A stretch of 63,796 bases of DNA, the filler included, from Reticulomyxa filosa (taxonomy: Eukaryota; Protista; Foraminifera), in assembly GCA_000512085.1 (NCBI GenBank). It is 19 parts of 19 records of this genome, joined end to end, with 100 filler letters (N's around TTAATTAATTAA, not from the genome) between each part and the next. Parts side by side here need not be neighbours in the genome. Positions count along the whole stretch, not along the records: positions 12,432 to 14,388 come from ASPP01022490.1; positions 14,489 to 18,311 come from ASPP01018933.1; positions 18,412 to 19,578 come from ASPP01010746.1; positions 19,679 to 26,955 come from ASPP01005269.1; 15 more parts are not named here. One strand, given 5' to 3'. How positions within the stretch are numbered: the first letter of the stretch is position 1; each line of letters begins with the position of its first letter. This document shows, piece after piece, positions 12,818-24,665 of the stretch. Position numbers and translations under genes: made by a program. Under the pieces are notes generated by a model. It was not told where the DNA came from. It saw only the letters and a program-made list of their open reading frames with translations, and ran no database searches.

Positions 12818-14388
12818 TTAGAAAAAGGACAGTTTTTCCCTGAGCCCCTTAAGCCACGATACATCAGGTGCTTGACCTTGGCTCTTCCATTCTCGGTATG
12901 CATATTCATAGGCAGTAGCACAATTCTTCCATTTCAGCAATTGAGGTGGAAAAGATTTCAAATCATGATTTGTAACGTATTTTTTCAGCATATGAGCAAA
13001 ATCTTCAGCTTCTGTATTTCGTGTAACTTGTCCTTGCCGATAAGCTATTTCACGCCAAGCTTCTAATATGTCTTTCATGGCACCCATTGGAATTTTTTTA
13101 ATCAACTCTTTAATTTGTGTTTTTGCTTCATTGGTCAAAGATTGTTGGTACATTTTAAGAACGTATGAATCGATTGAGCTTTCATCCAAATATTCGGATT
13201 GAAATGCATTACGCAATTGATACCACAACACTCCAACATGTTTGACACAGAGTTGATCCATTTTATCATTAGAATAGCCTCGGTGAGAAAATAAAACGCA
13301 ATCTTTTTTTTCAAATTGCAACTTTTCGAATAACTGAGTCAATCGCATATCAATTTGGAGATCGTCAAGATTTTGATATAAATAGACTATGGCATCATTT
13401 AACATTTCCAATGCTCTTTGTTTTTCCACAGATGAAGCAACTGACAAGTTTAATTTGTCCCAGAAATATTGAAATTGCGCATTTCTGAGATCTTCATAGC
13501 GTGTCTCAATATTTTTAATACAGTCCTGAATATCAAAATCACTGCGATATTCAAATAAAGGAATAATAAATATCAATGGTTGTCGACCATGAACAAAGGT
13601 ATGATAAATATCATTTTCAATGGATGCCAAGTCAAAGCATTTAGATTTATCATTTTGGTCATATTGTGATACTGGAATGCTTCGTCGTTGAATAATCTCA
13701 TTTAAACTCAGTTCATCGAAGCATAGAATATCATCACTATTAATATCAAAAAAGCATTTCAAAGTGGGTTGTTGCAAAATATTTTGCTTTTTTTCTTCTT
13801 CTTGAATTTCTTGGATGTGTGGATGCTTGAATTGTTGAAAGGTTTTCAAAAATTGGTTGTTTTGAGTTTCCAAAAGTTGAATTATTTTGTAAATATTGAG
13901 TTGTGTATTGTCTGCGTTGGAATCGATAACACACAATTGTCCAATCGACACCTCTTCAGGACCACACTTCGGTTGCTCGCACTCCAATACAAAGTAGTTC
14001 CAACAACATGTGACACCATTCCACCATTCCCGAATTTCGTGTTGTTGATTCAACACTTCACTCAATCGAATTTGACGCAATTCATCTGGCAATCGTTGTC
14101 GCGAATACTCCATGTGCACATGTTTGACCAAGCTGGCAATGGCTGGTAGATACTGAATATACCAAATGGCTTCGTCGCACTGCAACAATTGGGCAATCAA
14201 CGGATACTCACGCGATAAAGAGGAGTTGTTAATAAACACAGGAATCAAATCTCTCCACGACAATGGTTGAGTCTTTAGAAATAATTGTGAGAGATTATCT
14301 ATTTCATAGCGTTCATTCTTTTCCTCAATTTCTTCGATTTCGTTCATAAGTTCTTTAAACTCTTTGTTATCATTTGCTATAATCTCAC
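12818..14388 (-). CDS. RNF213: RNF213/mysterin-like giant E3 ligase, C-terminal region (5'-truncated)
   Basis: 509-aa ORF open to the segment edge. Ordered blocks resemble the RNF213 C-terminus as recalled: IQYLPAIASLVKHV (~VKFLPEILALQRDL), FDLASIENDIYHTFVHGRQPL (~FDLEKIQRQIVSRFLQGKPRL), LCVKHVGVLWYQL (~CQLKHTIALWQFL), FPPQLL (~FPEEIL). Confidence 0.65.
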
Positions 14389-14488
14389 NNNNNNNNNNNN
14401 NNNNNNNNNNNNNNNNNNNNNNNNNNNNNNNNTTAATTAATTAANNNNNNNNNNNNNNNNNNNNNNNNNNNNNNNNNNNNNNNNNNNN

Positions 14489-14526
<38 letters not shown>

Positions 14527-14968
14527 CACTTCTTCGCTTCCTCCTTTTTCTTTTACTCTTTGCTTTTCTATTGCCATTTTCTTACCTTTTTCGTCGTCTT
14601 CTTCTGCCGGCTTTTTTTTTGCGTCCTCCTTTTTTTTTGCGTCCCCCTTTTTTTGAACATCTTCTCTTTTTTTTGCCCCTTTTTTTTTTTATTTCTTCCT
14701 TTTTTGATGGATCGTCTTTCTTTTTTGCCTTTGTGTCTTTTTTTTCTTCCGGCTTGCTGCTCGCTTTCTCGTTTTTTCCGTCCGATGCCTTCCCTTGTTT
14801 CTTCTTTGATTTTCGCTCCGACAGCTCTGCCTCTACTTTTTTTATTCGTGCTCGGACACGGCTTTCATCACTCTTATATCGCTCTATATATTCACGCAAT
14901 TTCTTCTCTGTTTTTTTTGGATAGTCCTTCTTAAGCTTAGTCAACAGCTCGTCTGTGGATCCAGACAT
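14489..14968 (-). CDS. Lys/Glu/Arg-rich low-complexity protein with a short helical N-terminal domain, 3'-truncated
   Basis: MSGSTDELLTKLKKDYPKK... followed by K/E/R tracts. The frame after about 14700 is uncertain because of homopolymers. Confidence 0.5.
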
Positions 14969-15341
14969 GTTTAATATATTTTCCCTTTTTTTAATATTAA
15001 CAAATTACAGTGTGAACTTTTTTTTTTTAGAGACACAGGTGCAATCTGCACTAAGACTTGCAACCAAGCATGTCCGTTCTATTCTGAACAAGGCATGCGC
15101 GCATATAAGGCAAACAAAAATAAACAAAAATAAACACAAATTACTCAACACTACAATCAAACTATAATTGTTACAATAAGATAAAAAAACTAACTTTAAT
15201 TCAACAAAACCAAGATTCAATACAAATATAGCAAATAATGCAAATGCTTCAGCACTGCTATGAATACTACAATCTGTGTTAGGTTGGTTTCTTTTTATTT
15301 ATCACGATTTTTTTTGAAAAAACTTATCACTTTTTTTTACG

Positions 15342-15856
15342 CAGACATAATTTTTTTTTAAATATATACAAATAGTGTAGTTTTGAAATATCATTTCGAA
15401 TTTAGTTTTTATTAAATCTTTACCAATTGTTTAAAAAATTTGAATATTTTATTGATTTTTGAAAATTTTCGAGAAAAAGTTGACAATCCTGCATTTGTCG
15501 TAACAATGAAATTTGCCAACTTTTTTTAAAGTATTTTTAGAAAGTGTTCAATGCGTAATTCTTTTTTAAAAAGTAAAAATGATTAAAAAACGCAAATATC
15601 GGACTATGTGTAGTGATACATGAGTCATAACTGACTCCAGAATTGTAATAACTCAACTCATAAAATAAAACATTCTTTTTTATCCTCAAATTTTCTTGTA
15701 CGTTTTCGTTTTAGCTTAGCTCTCTTTCTTGCATCTCTCTACATATGCTTAGCTAAAAAAAAACTAAATGTTGAAATAATTATGAAAGATTTAATAAAAC
15801 TAAAATAATATTTAAAAACTACACTATTTGTATATATTTTTAAAAAATTATATCTG
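15342..15856. repeat. Imperfect inverted repeat pair (about 90-bp arms)
   Basis: 15342-15435 (CAGACATAATTTT...AATATATACAAATAGTGTAGTTTT...TTATTAAATCTTT) is the reverse complement of about 15770-15856. Confidence 0.75.
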
Positions 15857-16315
15857 AATGTTATTTTTTCATGAACAAACTTATAAATGTTTATTAGAGT
15901 TCTTTTTTGTGTTTTTTTGTAGGCACAAACTTGAGACAAAAAAAGATTCACTAAAACATGTTGTAGTGAGACTACTTACGTCACAATGGAGTCAGTATGA
16001 CTCCAAATATACAAAGTTGTTTTCGTTTTAATTTAAGTTTCCAAAAACGCATTCTTATTTTCTTAAAACGTGCTTTTCCGCTCCAGGTTCTCTACAATGT
16101 TCCAAGAATTCGTACATTGTCTAATTGCCCTTAAAAAGTTAGACAAAATTGTTTTTTGAATAAATTTTATCTCTTTTTTAACTTTACAAATAATGTTAAA
16201 TTTTACAAGCTGTTTCAACACTGGAAATGAAATCTTAACATAAGATTACAAAGCGCTTTTTTTGCCAAAAAAAGGGGCAAGAATTTGCTAATTTTGCTAT
16301 CATCATACAAACACC

Positions 16316-16934
16316 ATGGTTCGTTGTTCTAATATAATGCATGCCAAGCATTACGCCAAGTTAAGATAATATATCAATCTTAGTTAATAAAAAATAAATT
16401 GAGGATGATACAGGTGGATGGGAGGCGGTCCGTATTGGTATGAGTGTGACATGAGAATGAGTTCGGTATTGATTCCTGCGGGAATCTTGATTGGAGTAAC
16501 AACAGCTATAACGGCTTGGTTTAACAGTAATTACCGAAAGCACACAGTTTGGTTTTTGTCATCAAAACAAATAACGTCATAATATTTCATCAATTACAGC
16601 GGATAAAATAGACTTTTTTTGTATTTTATGTTCGTTTGCCTGAAGAATGACAAATGTACTTGACATCATACACACTAAGATAACAGTATGTGCGACGAAA
16701 CCGGAATGGTCTTCGAGTTATGTAAGTGATCTGGCTTTCAATCCTCCATTGTGGAAATACGAAATTCCTGGAAGTTTGTCGTACATCCGAACTGTTGAAG
16801 TTGAAGATACATGGGAAAGAGCGTCTAAGATTAGAAAACCTCACTGGACCGACGATTATGTGTACACGAAGCCATGGGAGGTGGATGATGGCCAATATGC
16901 TGGCAGGGACCCTCATGCCAAAAAACATGACTAA
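16316..16934 (+). CDS. Small single-pass membrane protein (about 134 aa), possibly an NDUFA4/COXFA4-like respiratory subunit; 3 exons
   Basis: Exons 16316-16359, 16414-16526 and 16687-16934 splice in frame: MVRCSNIMHAKHYAKWMGGGPYWYECDMRMSSVLIPAGILIGVTTAITAWFNICATKPEW...KKHD*. The gene model is well supported; the function is a guess. Confidence 0.5.
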
Positions 16935-17335
16935 AATAAGCATTTTTTTTGACACATTGAATTGATTTGTTGTTTATTTCAAAATGTGTCCTTACTTTAA
17001 TCTCTTTTTCTAATCAACTCACTCACTGCACTTTCCTTTGTGCCATCACATTTTTGTCTTGTTTGAAAATATGACAAGAGCCAATGATTTTAAAACATTT
17101 ATTGTTTTGGACACCATTCAAATTGCTGTGCCATTTGATGTTATTGCATCCAAGTTAAACAGAAAACGCATTGCATCAAAATAAATAATTGCCTACAACG
17201 TTTTTTTAGCTTTTTAAAGCAAACGGAAATATTTGATATCGTGATATGCTCATTCAAAAAAATAGTGTTGAGTTTTTTCTTATTGTTGACTGTATTCATC
17301 ATATGAACGATAACAGCTAAAAAAACTTTCAATTA

Positions 17336-17755
17336 TTATATCAATTGAAATGATTCAAATTTTGCATTTTTATCCACAATAAATTCTTTGTAAAGTCTCT
17401 CATTTACCTTTTTTTCATCAAATTTTGCTTGTTTTACTTTTATTATCTTTCCTTTTTGTGCAAATTTCTGTTTTTCTGATTTCAACCACGGATCTTGTAC
17501 TTCATAGGTTTCGATTCCTTTTGTTAGGAATTGTTTGATCGTGTCAATATGCTTTTTGGTTTCATTGTCTTCAGTTTCAACGATTCCGATCACTGTCCCT
17601 TGATTTGAGTTTTGCACCCAACCTGTGATTCCTGTCTTTTGGGAAGAGTTTAAAAAGGAAATATAATCTTCCACTGTTTTTCGAAAATAAACTCCTTGAA
17701 CACGACCAGATATTTCATATCGCAATCGGATCAAGCAAGAACTCATTGCGGACAT
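17336..17755 (-). CDS. ACYP: Acylphosphatase
   Basis: Signatures ISGRVQGVYFR and GITGWVQNSNQGTV; intronless; first ATG at 17755. Confidence 0.9.
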   Translation of the reverse strand: MSAMSSCLIRLRYEISGRVQGVYFRKTVEDYISFLNSSQKTGITGWVQNSNQGTVIGIVETEDNETKKHIDTIKQFLTKGIETYEVQDPWLKSEKQKFAQKGKIIKVKQAKFDEKKVNERLYKEFIVDKNAKFESFQLI

Positions 17756-18411
17756 CTCTTCACACTTTGAGGTCAAACCGACAAACTGAACTTTTATAAT
17801 TTTGAAAACTGACTTCTCGGCCGAGTACAGCTTTCACCTGCTGCAAACAAAATAATCTCAGCCAATGAAGTTGTGCTGCTCTGTGTAATTATGTTTTATT
17901 TTTTTTAATAGAAAATTTAAATATTATTTTTTATATCTTAATGCGCACTATGTGTGAAAATAAAAAAATTGGACGAAAATGTTTCTCGTTCCCCAGTACA
18001 TTTTCAAGTGAAAAGATTTTTAATATACTTTAGACGACAATTAATGATCTTTGGGGCTTGCCCTTTCTCCATTGCAATTCTAAACGTTTCACAGAGAAAT
18101 ATCTTCAAAAAAAATTTAAAAAATTTACAAACGCTCCACGGAGTGGATTTGTTTGAATTTTAAGCCTCAAGTTATCAAGACAAAAAAAATTGGTTAATAC
18201 AAGTGACACCAAAGCAAAGACACATAACTCATATCGATCAAAATGAACTTATTCTGATTCTTTGGGGGCTTTTGTTTTTTCTTTTTGTTTTTTAGGTTCT
18301 TTGGGTTCTTTNNNNNNNNNNNNNNNNNNNNNNNNNNNNNNNNNNNNNNNNNNNNTTAATTAATTAANNNNNNNNNNNNNNNNNNNNNNNNNNNNNNNNN
18401 NNNNNNNNNNN

Positions 18412-18920
18412 GTCTGCTCGAAGGCAAACCAGAACTTCACCACCAGCCAGATGTTGACCGATACCGGGCCAATGTCGTCCAGGTCCATCTTCAGCAGGCC
18501 CAGGCGGATGAACTCGCGGAAGTGGCCTTCCAGAATGCCTTGCAGCTCGCCGTTGACGAACTGGTGGTAGTCGGTTTGCATCTGCGGGTTGCGCGCCATC
18601 AGCCCCGGCAGGTCGTAAAACATGAAGCGGAACTGCCACATCGCGTCAAAGGCGGTTTCCAGGTAGTTCACCAGGTCGTCCACCTTCATGGTGCCGTCGG
18701 CCGGCACTGCCAGCCGTTCGCTGATGAAGCGGCGGTAGCTGAGGAAAATCTGGTAGACGATTTCTTCCTTGTTGCGGAAGTGGTAGTACAGGTTGCCCGG
18801 GCTGATGCCCAGGTGCGCGGCGATGTGGTTGGTGGTGATGGTGCGTTCGCCGTGCTCGTTGAACAGCTTCAGGCTTTCCTGAACGATGCGGTCGTAGGTC
18901 TTGATCCGGGTCTTGGGCAT
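18412..18920 (-). CDS. Bacterial TetR/AcrR-family transcriptional regulator (3'-truncated)
   Basis: HTH: RIVQESLKLFNEHGERTITTNHIAAHLGISPGNLYYHFRNKEEI. GC-rich and intronless. Confidence 0.93.
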
Positions 18921-18923
18921 GAT

Positions 18924-19578
18924 TCAGTCGGTGTCGGCTTGGGGGTGTTGGCTGTCTTCGGGGAAGCAGGCAAACAGGAAGCGGCGCAGGATGGCCTGCT
19001 CGGCGCGCTGGCGCTCGCGCGGGGGCAGGGCGATGCGCACGATCAAACGGTATTCTTTTTCGCTGGTGGGTTGCAGCGCAATGCGCGGTTCTACCGATGG
19101 CGTATCCATCAGCAATTTGTGTTCTAGCATGGCCATGTGGCGGCGGGCGTCGTCCAGCCACGGGGCGCATACCTCGGCGGCAATCTCCTGCAGCAGGCGT
19201 TCGGCACGTGCCGGCCGCACGCTGTACGGCAGCGGCACGTTGACGATGTGCATCACGAAATCGCCAGTGAAGTTTTCGCGTACTACCGACTGGGTCAGCA
19301 GCAGGCTGTTGGGGAAGGTGACGGCCTTGCCGGTAAGCTGGTGCGAGTCGTGGCGCGGGCCGATTTCGATCAGCGTGGTGCCCAGCATGGTGATGTCTTG
19401 CACCCGGCCGCGCATGCCGCCGATCTCGATGATGTCGCCCAGCTCGTAGCTGTTGGTGATGGAGCGCACCAGGCCGCCGCCCAGACACATCAGCAGCTCC
19501 TTAGTGGCTACCACCAGTGCGGCGGCGAACGCCACCATCGACAGGGCGATGGTTTGCAGCTCGCGCGCCCAGATGATG
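18924..19578 (-). CDS. mscS: Bacterial MscS-family mechanosensitive channel (5'-truncated)
   Basis: YELGDIIEIGGMRGRVQDITMLGT and VTFPNSLLL motifs. The stop lies 3 bp before the TetR ATG (operon-like). Confidence 0.88.
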
Positions 19579-19762
19579 NNNNNNNNNNNNNNNNNNNNNN
19601 NNNNNNNNNNNNNNNNNNNNNNTTAATTAATTAANNNNNNNNNNNNNNNNNNNNNNNNNNNNNNNNNNNNNNNNNNNNTGCGTGTCCTAGCCAACGAATC
19701 TGATTCTATATGTCATATCCAGTTGCGCTTTTTCTTTGACAAAAACAAATGATATGTTAAGA

Positions 19763-22284
19763 GCTCGAGTGATGACTTACCAGAGAGAAGAGGAGCAGTG
19801 TTTGATGACAGAAGTAATAGTCTTATAAAAAACGGACCGCGACATCAACCTGACGGTGTCTCAGCATCTCGAGAGAATGAAGAAGAGGTAGTTACTATCA
19901 TAGTATATACATTTGACCATATATATGTATATATGTATATATATGTATATATATGTATATGTACATATATATAATACGTGTATATATGCAACATCTATTG
20001 TTTATCCTATTCCGAATGCAACATAACACGGGGATAATAGAATGACCAAAAGAAGGCATCATTGGCGGAGAAGGCCGACCCGGCGACGGACAAAGTCCAA
20101 TCGAATGACATAAGCGTCAATAGGCAGCCGAGCAAGCTTTCGAAAAATATATCGAAAAGTAACATACAAATGACAGATCAAAACAGCTGTGTAAATGGAT
20201 GGGGTTATTCTGAGCTTCCGTTTAGTATTTGAGTTTGGATCTTTTGGTTTGTTTGTTTTTTGTTTTGTTTTTTTTTTTTTTTAGCAAGTATGCTCCCCTT
20301 TTTTTTTTTTTTAAAAAAAAAAGGGGGATCATCACACGCACATACACAGAAAGAGAGGAGAGTAGAAAACAAATTAACAAATTAAATAATGAACAAAAGC
20401 AGCAATGGGACACAAGATCGCGACAAAGAGAGTGATAACGTGAAAAGTAACGAAAAGGAGAGCGACGACAATATGATCAAAGCTGCGAGTGGGAAAGACC
20501 GAAACGGTAAGAGTAACAATGGCAAAGACAATGGTGGCGACAACAACCACAATCACGATCATGACCACGATCATGACCACGGTCATAACCACGGTCATGA
20601 TCACGGTCATGATCACGGCCATGATCACGGCCATGATCATGACCATGAGCACGACAGTGATGACGATAACAATGGCAACGACAACGACAACGACGAGTCA
20701 TCAGACGAGAAAATGGAAGAAGTGAGCAAGACAAAGCATCTTGATGCGTCATTGTGGTTGGCCCCGAGGGAAGGAGCATTTGAAGAGTGTGACATTCAAT
20801 TGGAAGACGAGGAATTGGAACCCAAGAAACCGGACGCGGAGAAATTTCTTGACCTTCATTTCTTTTTCCGCTTCATTTATGAGCGCTTTCACAACAATGG
20901 ACAGGTCATGCTGGACACCCATTTGCCAAGTTACGACGACTGGAAGAAGAAGCGCAATGTCCTCAGCTTTCGAACCACCGCTCTCAAAGAAATTGACCAC
21001 GCTTTAAAAGCATATATTCTCTGCGTCGACACAATGAAGGCAATGATGCGAAATTGCTTGTTGTTTTTTTACGACGTTCATCAAGAGATGCATTTAGGTT
21101 ATTTTACAATGTCCGTGATATATAATATATGCATATATGTATATAAATATATATATTTATATTTATATATGTATATATGTATATGTTTCAAAAGTGTGCC
21201 CTCCTTTTTTTTTTTAAAAAAAAAAAGACCTCTTTTTTTTTTAAAAAAAATAATTTGTATACGTATAAACTGTATACGTATGTTTCTACAGAGTTTAAAG
21301 AAGCAAATAATCCATCATTACCCACCACCTCGTTCAATTGTGGCCCTTACTCGGTCGTTGCCGCGTGGGACTTGTTCAAGTTTGGGGCGACGCTGGCCGA
21401 CGAAGACTGGAAACGCTTGCTTGATGAAAAGTCGCCGGCGCAGTTTTTTACTCGCCAAAATCCAGACACTCGTCACGTGACAGACCCCAACGAACGGAAA
21501 CGGACGGAAGCGTACAACACTTCGCGGCGGTATGTTAACTTTTGCTTGGCCGAGTTTCACAATCGGTACTTGAAGGCTTTGGGCTTTGGAAGTTGCGTTA
21601 CGTGGAAAAAGCTGAAAGTGCAGTTTCTTAATAAATCCAATGCTGCTGTGTTGAATGCATTTGATTCTTACTCTTATTATATCAATCCAAAGTTTTGATA
21701 TTTGCTCTTTTTCATTTTCTTTTTTTTTTTTTTTTGTGTTATCTTTTTGCTGTTTGTTTTTGTCACAGAGTAGATTACTTGGCAAATTTAATGGACGATA
21801 GAAATACGATGTATATTAGCAATCGCAAAATTCTTGCTGAGCCAATGCTATGGCTCATCTATGTCTATCGCTTTTTATTGGATAAACAAACCAAATTGAG
21901 CAAGTTGTGCTTTCATTGCTCCAATTTCGGATTGGAAACACGCAGCAAAGCTAAAAAGATTCAAGACATTGTTTCTGATTTGGGCAGGTCTGCAAAAGAA
22001 GAATCTGATGATCTGCAAAAATTAATGACTAAAATACCTTTAATCAATGATCTCAAAGAAACTTTCAAAAATGATATTGTTCAAAGAGATCCCGAGAAGG
22101 CATTTCTTTACACCAAAACCTTGAATGACTGTTTAGTCTTTTTTTTCTTTTTCTTTTTTCTTTTTTCTCTTTGCTCTTTTTGTCACTTATAAATTAGGCT
22201 TTCTTGCTAATGGGGTGGGGGCACATTATAGCGTTTTTGGATACCAAAAAAGAAGGCATTGAACAAATCAATAAAAAGCAATGA
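19763..22284 (+). CDS. Multi-exon hypothetical protein with a His-Asp/His-Gly repeat, 5'-partial
   Basis: Exons about 19763-19888, 20041-20219, 20350-21110, 21292-21690, 21770-22130 and 22232-22284 with GT-AG boundaries. No recognisable domain. Confidence 0.6.
20548..20655 (+). repeat. Coding (His-X)18 repeat
   Basis: HNHDHDHDHDHGHNHGHDHGHDHGHDHGHDHDHEHD, built from CAT/CAC-GAT/GAC/GGT/GGC units. Confidence 0.9.
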
Positions 22285-23087
22285 TGTCGGGCTCCACGGA
22301 TTTCGTCCTTTTTTTTCTTGGCGAGTGTAACTAAAAGGTCAGGGTATCAAAAATCGCAAGCCTTGCCACCGGATTTGTTGATATTTTTTCTTTTTTTAAG
22401 CACATTTGCATATTCGAAACTTGTGCCAATGCACTAGAAGCATTTCTTTTAGATTTTGAAATAAAATAGTATCTTATTCCTTGTAATCTTGCCTTCAATG
22501 AGAGATGGAAAGACTTGACAATTACTCATCTTCTCCTTTGGTAATTTTTTTCTGGCAACAAACTCGTACTACTGAAAAAATCAAAAGCATCCATTTTTGA
22601 ATGTGACACAAGAGATATTTCAATTTAAGGTTTTTTTATTTTAATTTGAAATAGTTTTTCATTGCATTTGTTTTAACAACTACCTTTGCAAAATTTTTTT
22701 ACAAAAAAAGTTCCAAGTTTATATTTTCGACACTCTGTCTGCTTTTGATATCCTTCAAGTATATAGTGTCTTCTTCTTACGTTGGCATCGTCAGCTACTT
22801 CATTGCATCACCTTAAACTTTTTTGTTGAGCCATGTGCCCAGACATATAAATATCAAATTGCAAGATTTTACAAATTTTAAAGTTGCGTATTAAAACTGC
22901 ATCTTCTACACAAACAAAAAATTTAAAAAAAGAAAATTTATTTTTGTTGGATTTGCATTTGTTTTTATTTTGTTGGGTTTTTTTTTGGATTGAATTCGAG
23001 TCAATTAAAAAAATGGTTTATTTGCCAAGTCAAATGACCAACAACCCATCTCATAAACAACACAAAGTGGAAAAAGGGGTTAATAAA

Positions 23088-23792
23088 TTATCCACCATTC
23101 ACGTAAGACATGACAATTCTATGAGGACTCCAATACACCTCGCTGGAGTTGGCCCAGTATCCACTTCGACCGAATTGCTTTTGAATAGTGGACGAATTTT
23201 CGAATGGATAAGGTTCGAGGGCATCGTAGACGTGGAAGAAACCAGGAGTGAATTTAGGACGAGCAGGTGTCCATTCCGGGGTGGTGATAGGATAGCCAAA
23301 CAAGGACGCGCGACCAAAGGCCTCGCCAATGGCCCAAAAGCTCAGGAAATTCAAAAGCCAAAGGCCTCCGTGAGTCAAGTCATGTCCGGTCCATGTGAAA
23401 GGCTGTTTCAAACGCTCTTTGATATACGCCCATTCGCATTTGGCCGTACGCGTCACTGCCTTTCGGGTGTACCATCGTCTTGCCCAATATTCGGCGCGAT
23501 ACATCCAGATTTGATTTCTCAAAACTCTCAATGGAGTTCTTTGCGCATCTACACGCATCGCTATATGCTTTAGCCAATCATATCTCCACCGGGCTGCCAA
23601 AAACGTCAACAATGTCGGCGCTTCATCATACGTTGAATACCGTGAAGGAAATACCATTTGACCGTACCCACGGTTCCATGCCATATCCATAAACTTTTCC
23701 GCATATTTCGTGTTCAGTGCTCCCCATTTACCCCAATAGGGTGCCTTCACTGTCGCTTTTTCAATTGCTCGTTTGCCTGCAGGAGAGCTCAT
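23088..23792 (-). CDS. ATP20: Mitochondrial ATP synthase subunit g, extended form
   Basis: A single TM helix followed by FWAIGEAFGRASLFGY, the subunit g GExxGRxxxxGY signature. Intronless, 234 aa. Confidence 0.75.
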   Translation of the reverse strand: MSSPAGKRAIEKATVKAPYWGKWGALNTKYAEKFMDMAWNRGYGQMVFPSRYSTYDEAPTLLTFLAARWRYDWLKHIAMRVDAQRTPLRVLRNQIWMYRAEYWARRWYTRKAVTRTAKCEWAYIKERLKQPFTWTGHDLTHGGLWLLNFLSFWAIGEAFGRASLFGYPITTPEWTPARPKFTPGFFHVYDALEPYPFENSSTIQKQFGRSGYWANSSEVYWSPHRIVMSYVNGG

Positions 23793-24665
23793 TCTTTATT
23801 CACCTTTATCTTACAAATCCTTTTCAAAATACTTCAATTATGAACCTTGATGATGATATAGGGGCAAGTACTTTTTTTTTGCAGTCTCGACTAGTTCTGC
23901 ACAAAATTTCCATATTGTGCAAAAAGAATGAAAAGTATTATCGATTTTTTGTACAGAAAATAAATTACTTTTATTGTGCTTTTGTTAAATTTGCTAATGC
24001 AAACATGACATGCAGCTATTATTAAGTTTAGGCTAGTTGACAAAAAAAGGCAAAGAATGTGCTTGGAAAAATGTTTGGCTTTTTTCTTCAGTTATGTCCT
24101 CTGACTCTGTGTTTACTCTGTCTTTGTCCCATCGAACAAAACTAAAAAAAGATAATTTGCGTAGTTAGTAACGGCAAAGAGCGAAAGGAGATGAGCTGAA
24201 AGTTAGTTGCATCATACATCAATCGTAATCAAAGCATTGTCAATCTCTGGTAAAATGAACCAATTTTTTGGGGGAAAAACAGCAAATTGGTATGGTCCCA
24301 ACTATAGATTGTTTATTTGACAGGCGTCAATTTTGTCACTTTATCTCTTTTAAGTGAATTGCTTGCAACATTTTGTTGAAAGCTAGCAATTGATTTAACA
24401 ATTATTTCACTTTTTTGTTGTTGATCCGAGGAAACATTTATAAAAATACATTTACTCTAACATCAGCAAAACGTAAATGCATCCTCAAATCAAACAACAT
24501 AAACAACTAAATTATCCCTAATTTTTTAATGAATTGGGCAAGAATTGCCAAACATAACAAAACAAAACAAAACAAAATGAATAAGACAAAGCAAAAAATT
24601 TAAAACAATGAAAAAAAATGCCAAGACGTATGAGAAATTAGAGGACGATGAATGACGGAATTTGT

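Noticed and set aside
18364-19634. Long alternative-frame ORFs (18522, 18646, 18901, 19137)
   Set aside because: Shadow ORFs caused by high GC content over the TetR and MscS genes.
20374-20779. Met/Ile/Val/Thr-rich and HGRD-repeat ORFs
   Set aside because: Other-frame readings of the His repeat.
22884-23573. 229-aa plus-strand ORF
   Set aside because: Antisense to the subunit g gene, with a non-ATG start and no motifs.
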